Shown in pieces: positions 56,618 to 64,000 of a DNA stretch of 64,000 nucleotides. Made by a program: the position numbers and the translations under genes. The stretch is from Candidatus Latescibacterota bacterium (GTDB lineage Bacteria; Latescibacterota; UBA2968): the NCBI GenBank assembly GCA_965222605.1, contig OZ244960.1:2112001-2176000 (forward strand), in the 5' to 3' direction. Every line of letters starts with the position of its first letter. Position 1 is the stretch's first letter. Below the pieces are notes generated by a model. It saw nothing but the letters and a program-made list of their open reading frames with translations, did no database searches and had not been told where the DNA came from.

Positions 56618-58603
56618 TTAGAAATTATGCACATTATGTCCCTTCAAAGGGAACCAGATAAGATCCGCGATAAAAACGATCGCCGTACTCAATGCCTGTC
56701 CTGCCAGAATCCCCACAAAAACCGGTTTTCCCCGTTCGTAAAGCTTCGCGCCCCCCAGATTCACAATCAGCGACTTGACCATCCAGATCAGAAAAATCGA
56801 AAACGCCGGTCGCGTCACACCTATATGCCCCTGAATCGCCAGACCAATGGGATGCACGGGCCACCAGGGCACCTGGTAGCGCACCTGAGTCAGAAGCGCC
56901 ATCGCGGCCGCGCCGACCACCAGCCACATCACGCGTCCGTCTCCCCCCATTGACGTGGGATTTCGAATCGAGGACACGGCGCCGTTGAACGTGCGCTGGT
57001 TCACGCTACCTCTCACTTCCATATTGTAGAGACCCAGCTCGTACCCGATGAACAGATTGTTGCTCAGAGACACGACAAATGCAAAGCCGAGCGCGAACCA
57101 GAGCATTCTGGTGATGCGTCTGGGCGCGATGACGCCTCTGGCAACCCTGACGGCCTGCGCGAAGGCCGGCATAACAAATCCCTTTCCCGTCGTCTTGATC
57201 ACTTCCATAAACGCCAGAGAGGTAATGCTCGACGGGGACAGCATGCGGCTTCCGAATGCATGCAAGACCACTTCGTGGGGCTGCACCTGATAATAGACAA
57301 ATGCCAGGCCCAGCTCGGCCACCACGCGAGACAGACCGAGGAACGTGAGAAGGGCCGTCAAAAGAAATAATGGCGTCAGCCAGAGAGCCATTCCGGCCGC
57401 GTAAAGCCAGCCCCCGGCGAACAGAATGGCCACACCGAACCCGAGCACGACCGTACGGTAGGCCAGCAATTCATCGCTGTCGTCGATCTCGCACCTGGGA
57501 TCGATGGCTTTGCGGCAGACTTCGCCCAGATGCCGCCGCGCCATCCACATACTCCATCCGGCCAGAAATAGCAATGCGCCCAGGCTCTGCCAGCCCAGAG
57601 CACGGCTGCTCCACTGTGCGTGTGCAGCACCGAGTGGGTACCCAAACCGGTTGAACGCGAAGACTTCGAAGGCCGTGGCCAGGACAAAGATCCACACGCT
57701 TGAGAGCACGTCCAGACGCGCGAAATACCCGAACCCGATCGCATAAAAGTTGATATCCCGAAACATCAGTGGAAAATCCGGTACAACCTGAATAGAACCG
57801 ATCTTCAAAGGAATTGGGGGCATTCTCGGAGAAAAATAGGAAAACAAATTCCACATCTTGATGCCCATCACCAGCCCAAACCCGATCCAAAAGACCGGAT
57901 CCTTCAGAAATTGGGGCAAACGCCCTTCGCGCTCCGTCTCCGTCAACATCTGCCCCACCTCGAGCAGCGGATACGTGAGCCGTTCGTATTCCACCCAGGG
58001 TTTGCGTAGCGCCACGACCATGCAGAAAGAAGCAAAGGCCAGGGCTGCGAGAAACCACGCCCACCAGAATAGAGGAGTTACCCAGACGCCAATGGACGGA
58101 AAGCTCCCTTTGGCTCTCCCCTCCACGAAGGGAACCATTGCACCGTGGGTATTTTGAGGCACAAGCCAGGTGGGAATGTGATCATGCAGGTATAGCTCCC
58201 AGCCGTTTTCAGGGGACGCGAAATAGTAGGGCACGGCCAGCGTCTGAATCAGATACTTCATAATGCCATCATAGGGAATGGTCATCCCCACAAGACCCAT
58301 TCCCAGAACCACCAGAAGTTCCCCGCGAGACAGCCCGGCCCCGGGCCGCCACCGATTGGCCAGGACCGAAAGTATGGCCACGGTCAGAAATGGAAAAAAG
58401 AGGGCCATCGGGAAGTAACTGCGGGTGACCTGTGAGCCATCGAAATAGTAAGACGACCATTCGGTCCACAGGATGCCAAAGGTCACCACAGTCAGGGCCG
58501 TGATCACCGCCTTCAGCGTGACGGCTTTGCCGGGATGGCCCCCTGCTTCTGAAACCTCGATCACTTCCCGCTCGAGCTGCGAGGCTGTATCTGATTCACC
58601 CAT
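56618..58603 (-). CDS. DUF6785/DUF6784-type polytopic membrane protein (possible transporter)
   Basis: Many TM segments; LRKPWVEYERLTYPL, SRVVAELG, WWPVHPIG, K..I...GG..LY.RGKP.F.G. Confidence 0.75.
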   Translation of the reverse strand: MGESDTASQLEREVIEVSEAGGHPGKAVTLKAVITALTVVTFGILWTEWSSYYFDGSQVTRSYFPMALFFPFLTVAILSVLANRWRPGAGLSRGELLVVLGMGLVGMTIPYDGIMKYLIQTLAVPYYFASPENGWELYLHDHIPTWLVPQNTHGAMVPFVEGRAKGSFPSIGVWVTPLFWWAWFLAALAFASFCMVVALRKPWVEYERLTYPLLEVGQMLTETEREGRLPQFLKDPVFWIGFGLVMGIKMWNLFSYFSPRMPPIPLKIGSIQVVPDFPLMFRDINFYAIGFGYFARLDVLSSVWIFVLATAFEVFAFNRFGYPLGAAHAQWSSRALGWQSLGALLFLAGWSMWMARRHLGEVCRKAIDPRCEIDDSDELLAYRTVVLGFGVAILFAGGWLYAAGMALWLTPLFLLTALLTFLGLSRVVAELGLAFVYYQVQPHEVVLHAFGSRMLSPSSITSLAFMEVIKTTGKGFVMPAFAQAVRVARGVIAPRRITRMLWFALGFAFVVSLSNNLFIGYELGLYNMEVRGSVNQRTFNGAVSSIRNPTSMGGDGRVMWLVVGAAAMALLTQVRYQVPWWPVHPIGLAIQGHIGVTRPAFSIFLIWMVKSLIVNLGGAKLYERGKPVFVGILAGQALSTAIVFIADLIWFPLKGHNVHNF

Positions 58604-58709
58604 AGAGTAAGTCCCGGGCTACATGGTTTATAACATTAGATTAGATATATTAACTTTATATATAAAAATACTTGATTTAGGTTTTTAATATCTTTAAATT
58701 ATTATTGTC

Positions 58710-58880
58710 ATGTCAACAATTAATTTCGCCAAAATACTCGAGCCGGTTTCCAGAAGAACCCTTTCACAAGAGGTCGTGGCAATTCTCAAGAGATTTATCC
58801 TTGTCGAGAAGGGGACAAACTTCCCCTCGAACGTGAACTGGCCGCATCTATGGGCGTCAGTCACCGCGTGCGGCTCCTGA
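58710..58880 (+). pseudogene. GntR/FadR-family regulator remnant
   Basis: MSTINFAKILEPVSRRTLSQEVVAILKRFI, then frameshifted GDKLPLERELAASMGVSHRV; no effector domain. Confidence 0.75.
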
Positions 58881-58906
58881 AGTTGTACGAATAGAATCAA
58901 TCCGCT

Positions 58907-58981
58907 AAAAAAAAGGCCGTTAGCCTATCACTCTGGCAAAGGAAGGCTAACGGCGGAAACGCGCAATATCATATCTTGCGC
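58907..58981. other. Two hairpins (terminator-like on the minus strand)
   Basis: A8 then GCCGTTAGCCT/AGGCTAACGGC (58916-58954), and GCGCAA..TTGCGC (58961-58981). Confidence 0.55.
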
Positions 58982-59169
58982 AGGTATGAAATGTAAGAGA
59001 GATCTGTGAAAACATCAAGAAAAATTGGTGAAGAGAAAGGAGGTGAAAGAATTATAAAATTTTAATAATTAGTTAGTTACACACAGAAAACGGTACATTT
59101 GAGTGTGTTCTTACGGGATTCTCCACGGTGTATAATCTGCGTCTGAACACAAAATAAGGAGGTGGAATT

Positions 59170-59883
59170 GTGCGACATAGATTGATGAAAGTGATTTTAA
59201 CCATTTTGGGCTGCCTGTTCCTGGGTATGCCATCCATGGCCCAGTCGAAGCAGCTTTGGGGCTTCGGAGCGTTTGGGGGATACAGCTTACCCGTATTCGG
59301 GATGGGCAAGCAATTCTCGGGATCAAACCAGTTTGGAGCGACCTGGCAATATCAGTACAGCCCCAAGCTACTCCTGGAAGTGGAGTACCAATATTCCCAA
59401 TTTGAAGATAATGAGGCATCCACGCGGACCTTTTTCTGGCCAGTTGACAAAAAAGACTACGCAAGTCCACAGGCGGTCTCGGAGATCAAATTCAACAGCG
59501 TACTTTTGAATCTCATGATCAGCCCGAAACTTCCTCAATACCCCTCTGAGAAGCTGATCCAGTATCTCATTGTCGGGACAGGGATATATGACTACAGGTT
59601 TGAACGCCGAAATTTCATCTACCCCGGCCAGACTATCGAACCTCTCAATACGTCTCTGCACCTGGACCCTCAAATTGACGAACGAGCTGCACTGGGCATT
59701 CACGTAGGATATGGTGGACAATTCTTCTTCCGCGAGGGTTTTGCCCTGGATTTGCGGGTTCGCTACCACCTCATCATGGGGGATCTGCGCCCAATGGCGA
59801 CCTGGGGTTTCGAAACAACTACGATGCCCCTCCAGATGTTCGAAATCCGTGCTGGCCTGAAGCTCTACTTTTCGAAGTCATAA
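59170..59883 (+). CDS. Outer-membrane beta-barrel protein (small, 8-strand type)
   Basis: Signal peptide, alternating beta strands, C-terminal AGLKLYF; AAGGAGG RBS. Confidence 0.75.
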   Translation: MRHRLMKVILTILGCLFLGMPSMAQSKQLWGFGAFGGYSLPVFGMGKQFSGSNQFGATWQYQYSPKLLLEVEYQYSQFEDNEASTRTFFWPVDKKDYASPQAVSEIKFNSVLLNLMISPKLPQYPSEKLIQYLIVGTGIYDYRFERRNFIYPGQTIEPLNTSLHLDPQIDERAALGIHVGYGGQFFFREGFALDLRVRYHLIMGDLRPMATWGFETTTMPLQMFEIRAGLKLYFSKS

Positions 59884-59901
59884 TTTGAGGAGACCGACAT
59901 C

Positions 59902-62900
59902 ATGAACGTAAATCGAATCTTTATAATCTGTATCGCACTCCTGTTCTGCGCGCTTCAAGGGGTGCGATCTGCCCACGCCGGTACGCTTGGAAAAATCAAC
60001 GGGGTCGTCCTTGACAATGCGGGGAATCTCCTGCCCGGCGCCAATGTGATCATAGAAGGTACCAGGAGGGGGGCAACAACTGATGCAGAGGGTTATTTTG
60101 TGATCCTCTCGGTCGATCCCGGCGAATATTCGCTGACGGCGTCTATGGTGGGCTACAGAAAGGTCACACAATCGAACGTGCAAATCGGAATCGACAAAAC
60201 GACCACTGTCAACTTCGAACTTCACGAACAGACTCTTGAGGCCAGTGAAATTCTGGTCATTGCGGAACGGCCTTCCGTCGAACCCGACAAGACCACATCC
60301 AAGTACACGATAACGGCGGAAGATATCGAGCAACTCTCCATTGTCCGATCCACGGCAGAACTCGTCTCCTTGCAGCCAGGTGTTTCCCAGGATGGGCTGT
60401 TTCGTCTGCGGGGTGGAGATGTGGGTACCGGGGGATGGTCGTATCAATACCGGCCGACCGATGTCGCATTTGTCGTGGATGGCGTGCGCGTGGAGGCCAA
60501 CGATGGGCAAAACAACCCGATGTTTTCCGGGGTGAATCGAAGTGCCATACAGGAAATCTCTGTGATCACGGGTGTGACGGCTGCGGAATATGGAAACGTG
60601 CAGGCGGGAATCATCAATATCGTGACAAAAGACGGAGGCCAGAGCTACCACGGATGGGCAGAGTATCGGAACACCCCTGCACACAAAAAGCACTGGGGAG
60701 AGAATGTTTACGATGCTCCGATCCATCGCGCCAACATCAAATGGAACGACCCGACGTGGGTTAACGAAACAGACCCAGAGACGGGACGGGTGGTGCATCA
60801 GCGCACCGATTATACGGGCGTAACAGGGCATGAGGTGCAGGCAAGTACCTCTGGACCATTGGTGAAGAACATCTCATTCCTCCTCTCTGGAAAACACACC
60901 CGGGATGCCAGTCCCCTTCCCGGACCGGAAAAGTACGGTTTCACCCAGAGCGCCCGCTTTGTACCTGCACCCAATAATTTACAGGGATCCGCCGCCTTGA
61001 CGTGGTTTGCGACCCCGAACATCAAACTCAAGACGGGCTTTCTATACCAGGGCTACAAATCGTGGTTTAGCGGGGCCGGACAGGGCGGCGATGTATTCGG
61101 ATTCTCCGCAATTGCCAACGCCGGCGGCGTGCGGGGCATTGGAGACAATTTCAGGAACCTGTTCTTGCCGGATAAATACTCCTCATCCGGACAGCTCAAG
61201 TTCCGGGAGGATCTGGAATACGTCGTCCTGACACATACGCTGACGCCGAAGACGTTTTACCAGGTGCGCCTGTCTCGCAGTCGAAGCTTTCAGGATACGC
61301 TGAATATATCCACGGTAAACTCGACGGTCCGCAAGGATGCAGATAAGCGCTTTAACCTGGGTGCAGAGACAATCGCCTGGGAGATTTTCGATCGGAAACG
61401 GCAAACGCTAAAGGTTGACCTTTCCAGCCAGATCACCAAAGGGCACTTCGTTAAAACAGGCGGAGAACTCACCTTTTTTGACGCCTGGTGGACGGCGCGC
61501 CTGGATCCGGCGCCCAGAAACAATATGATTGAGTATTTCGGGGGTGACCGCAAAATCGGGGAACCGGTCAATCCGATCGAAGGAGCGCTCTATGCCCAGG
61601 ACAAGATGGAGTTCGAGGGGATGGTGGTGAACGCGGGGATTCGGATGGACTACTTCAATCCCCGAACGGAATGGCCCGTGGAAACCACACTCTTTGATCG
61701 GGCGGATACGCGCTACTTCACCCTCCAGGAGAATATCCCGATGGAACCGGTGGATGCACAGTTCCATTTCAGCCCGAGACTCGGAATCTCTCACCCGATC
61801 ACCGACAAGGCCGCGATGCACTTCTCCAGCGGGGTGTTCCTCCAGCGCGCAGGTTTCTACGAGTATTACGGTCAGACCTACGAGTCGAACAGAAAGCCGC
61901 ACTCCCTGGACCTGAACAAGGATGGTGTAATCGGCCCGGAAGAGGTGTGGAACAATATGCAGTCGCGGCGCCGGTACTGGGGAGATCCTCGAATCAGGCC
62001 GGAACGGTCTCTGGCATTCGAGGTGGGAGGGGATTGGAATTTCGTAACGGACTACACCCTATCTCTGACGACCTTCTACCGGGCCGAGTGGGACCAGATG
62101 GGCGCGCCGCTGACATCGTGGCGAGATCCCTTTAGAAGGGGAAGAGGCGCAAATGTTCGTTCGAATATGCGGGCCGAAGATGTCCGCGGAATCGAGCTTT
62201 CGCTGCGGAAGGATTTCAGCCACAATTTCGCGTTTCAACTGGCCTACAATATGCAGTGGAGCGACATCACGCACGTCGTTGGACGGGGTGGTGTCTCCCG
62301 CAGAGTAGCACCGGATTCCAAATATATTGTAGAAAACTGGACGTATAAATGGGATATCGATCCGAATACCGGGGCCCGCATTCGGGTACCGCTCACCGAT
62401 GCTGACATCCAGAGGTATGGGACCCGGGCGGATAACCATATCAAATCTCTCCAGAGATTGCTGGACATCCGCTCTGGGGGCGGTGGGGTACTGGCCGGAT
62501 ACTGGGATATCGGATTCCAGATGGAAGGACCTGAAGGCGAAAAGGGCCTCTATTTCTTCGGCCTCAGCCAGATGCGCGGCATCCACACCTGGGGAGGCAA
62601 GCCAGGGGACCGCCGCAACTCCGGGAAGATCCAGTTCCTGTTTTCCACGCCGCCATCGTCGGAAGGTAGCCCGGCCGGCAGAATATTCAGCGATATGAAT
62701 ATCAATATCCTCTACCGGGTGCAAAACGGTGTAACTTTCGAGTACTCGCCGCCAATCGGGGGTGCCAAACAGTGGCGATCCGGCCCCCTTCAGAGCCGTT
62801 TCGACATAGAGGCTCAGAAAACATTTCGATTGGGCAACACCATCCAGACTTCGCTATTTGCGTCCGTATTCAATCTGTTCAACGACGGCAGTGTTTCTCG

Positions 62901-63051
62901 AGTTGACTCCTCTGTGGACTGGGTTCAGTGGGGGCTCGATCAGGCGCGCCCTGACAATCCAGACCTGAGAACCTACGGGGATTTGAATGATTATCGGCGC
63001 TTGGTAAACAAACCCCGAAACATCGAACTCGGCGTAAGACTGCGCTTTTAA
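59902..63051 (+). CDS. TonB-dependent receptor, paralog of 11638-15030
   Basis: GKINGVV..LPGANV, RGG..FVVDG..AEYGN..GIINIVTK, SPRLGISHPI, C-terminal PRNIELGVRLRF. Confidence 0.92.
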   Translation: MNVNRIFIICIALLFCALQGVRSAHAGTLGKINGVVLDNAGNLLPGANVIIEGTRRGATTDAEGYFVILSVDPGEYSLTASMVGYRKVTQSNVQIGIDKTTTVNFELHEQTLEASEILVIAERPSVEPDKTTSKYTITAEDIEQLSIVRSTAELVSLQPGVSQDGLFRLRGGDVGTGGWSYQYRPTDVAFVVDGVRVEANDGQNNPMFSGVNRSAIQEISVITGVTAAEYGNVQAGIINIVTKDGGQSYHGWAEYRNTPAHKKHWGENVYDAPIHRANIKWNDPTWVNETDPETGRVVHQRTDYTGVTGHEVQASTSGPLVKNISFLLSGKHTRDASPLPGPEKYGFTQSARFVPAPNNLQGSAALTWFATPNIKLKTGFLYQGYKSWFSGAGQGGDVFGFSAIANAGGVRGIGDNFRNLFLPDKYSSSGQLKFREDLEYVVLTHTLTPKTFYQVRLSRSRSFQDTLNISTVNSTVRKDADKRFNLGAETIAWEIFDRKRQTLKVDLSSQITKGHFVKTGGELTFFDAWWTARLDPAPRNNMIEYFGGDRKIGEPVNPIEGALYAQDKMEFEGMVVNAGIRMDYFNPRTEWPVETTLFDRADTRYFTLQENIPMEPVDAQFHFSPRLGISHPITDKAAMHFSSGVFLQRAGFYEYYGQTYESNRKPHSLDLNKDGVIGPEEVWNNMQSRRRYWGDPRIRPERSLAFEVGGDWNFVTDYTLSLTTFYRAEWDQMGAPLTSWRDPFRRGRGANVRSNMRAEDVRGIELSLRKDFSHNFAFQLAYNMQWSDITHVVGRGGVSRRVAPDSKYIVENWTYKWDIDPNTGARIRVPLTDADIQRYGTRADNHIKSLQRLLDIRSGGGGVLAGYWDIGFQMEGPEGEKGLYFFGLSQMRGIHTWGGKPGDRRNSGKIQFLFSTPPSSEGSPAGRIFSDMNINILYRVQNGVTFEYSPPIGGAKQWRSGPLQSRFDIEAQKTFRLGNTIQTSLFASVFNLFNDGSVSRVDSSVDWVQWGLDQARPDNPDLRTYGDLNDYRRLVNKPRNIELGVRLRF

Positions 63052-63080
63052 GCAGAAATCGGTATAAGGAGGATACAGGA

Positions 63081-64000
63081 ATGAAAATACGAGGAATTCA
63101 CAAAATCGCGGTGCCTGCCATTGCAGTCGCATTGCTTTTTGGAATCGCGGCACTTGCCAACGCACAGACCATTTCTCGCTCGCTACTGGCTACTCGGCTC
63201 TCAAACGAGGGCCGCGACGGCGGCACGGCATTGAACAACGCGCAGACGCGGCTGGCCTACCCACGACACTGGAACAATTCGGGGGATACCGGTAGAGCCA
63301 AAGCAGGGCCGTCCAGCCGGGGCTATTTTGACAATTCCACAGGTCACGGATTCTTCATCATGACACAGATGGGCGGTGAGGCCCAGACAACCTGGACGGG
63401 GCCTCGTAACATGACGGGCAGTTTCGGGGAAATAAACGGAATGCAGTACAATCCCGTAACCGACGGACCGGAAGCCCACCTGGGCACTGAGGTATTTGAG
63501 GTGAGAGGTTCGACCTACCGCATCGGCAACTGGTGGCAGGGCCACGAGCCAGTAGATCCGAACAATCCAGTGGGATTGACGATCGAGAATCACCGGTTTT
63601 ACGAATATATCACCGACGATACCTTCCCGGAGCAAATCGCGATCAACAAGTGGACGACCTCCCAGGGGATCACATTTGTGCGAAAGGCCTACGCCTGGAG
63701 CTATCCCAACTTCGACGACTTTATCATCCAGCGCGTAGAATTTACCAATACCGGAGACAGCGACGGGGACGGGGAGCGCGATTTGCCCGAAGAAATCTTG
63801 AGCCCGGTCTATATCGCATTGGCCAACTTCTTCGGCGCCTCTGGAGGCGAGGCTCATAATTACAATGAGTCCTGGTGGCGGCATGGACCGCGCGTCAACG
63901 ACGACTGGCTGGCCTATTCGGACGCGCCCAATTATCCGGTAGATCTCTATAGTCAGACGGGCAAGACAGTTCCGCCCGGCCTGAAACTAACCTACGCCTA
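63081..64000 (+). CDS. Secreted protein, paralog of 15135-17315 (runs off the window end)
   Basis: Not in the ORF track. AGGAGG RBS, MKIRGIHKIAVPAIAVALL signal peptide; GITFVRKAYAWSYPNFDDFIIQRVEFTNTGDSDGD aligns with GITWHTTIYAFSNEHHDDYHIREITFTNTGNVDED. Confidence 0.8.
   Translation, partial: MKIRGIHKIAVPAIAVALLFGIAALANAQTISRSLLATRLSNEGRDGGTALNNAQTRLAYPRHWNNSGDTGRAKAGPSSRGYFDNSTGHGFFIMTQMGGEAQTTWTGPRNMTGSFGEINGMQYNPVTDGPEAHLGTEVFEVRGSTYRIGNWWQGHEPVDPNNPVGLTIENHRFYEYITDDTFPEQIAINKWTTSQGITFVRKAYAWSYPNFDDFIIQRVEFTNTGDSDGDGERDLPEEILSPVYIALANFFGASGGEAHNYNESWWRHGPRVNDDWLAYSDAPNYPVDLYSQTGKTVPPGLKLTYA

Noticed and set aside
58916-58954. ANTAR-target or riboswitch call for the GGCAAAGGAAGGC hairpin
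   Set aside because: Does not match the tandem-hairpin ANTAR consensus or riboswitch cores that I can verify by eye.

Overview
Bacterial accessory region. TonB receptor/CTD-like/PorV triads, DUF6785-type membrane protein, many sulfatases and PhyH dioxygenases suggest an FCB-group lineage such as Latescibacterota, possibly host-associated; this is inference. Contents from left to right: (1) a TPP-enzyme operon (duplicated-domain hypothetical, ALS-like enzyme, E1 alpha/beta), a Schlafen/AlbA-HATPase gene and a BrnT/antitoxin pair; (2) tRNA-Val(GAC) followed by a decayed integrative element (integrase, excisionase, IS701 with two tiny palindromic insertions, RecD-like fragment); (3) two TonB-dependent-receptor loci and glycan/sulfate catabolic operons; (4) several PhyH dioxygenases, two with an HxG motif instead of HxD; (5) an AT-rich ~15 kb, 7-gene defence island (28.0-43.0 kb); (6) broken TA modules and a TnpB-only IS200/IS605 element. 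The island encodes a C5 methyltransferase, an SF1 helicase, DrmA and DrmB, a NERD nuclease-helicase, a ~1080-aa unknown protein and a coiled-coil unknown protein, but no DrmC, DrmD or DrmE. It is the best candidate for an undescribed system. Many genes in the window are internally deleted or fused fragments. All family assignments come from motif recognition by eye; no searches were run.
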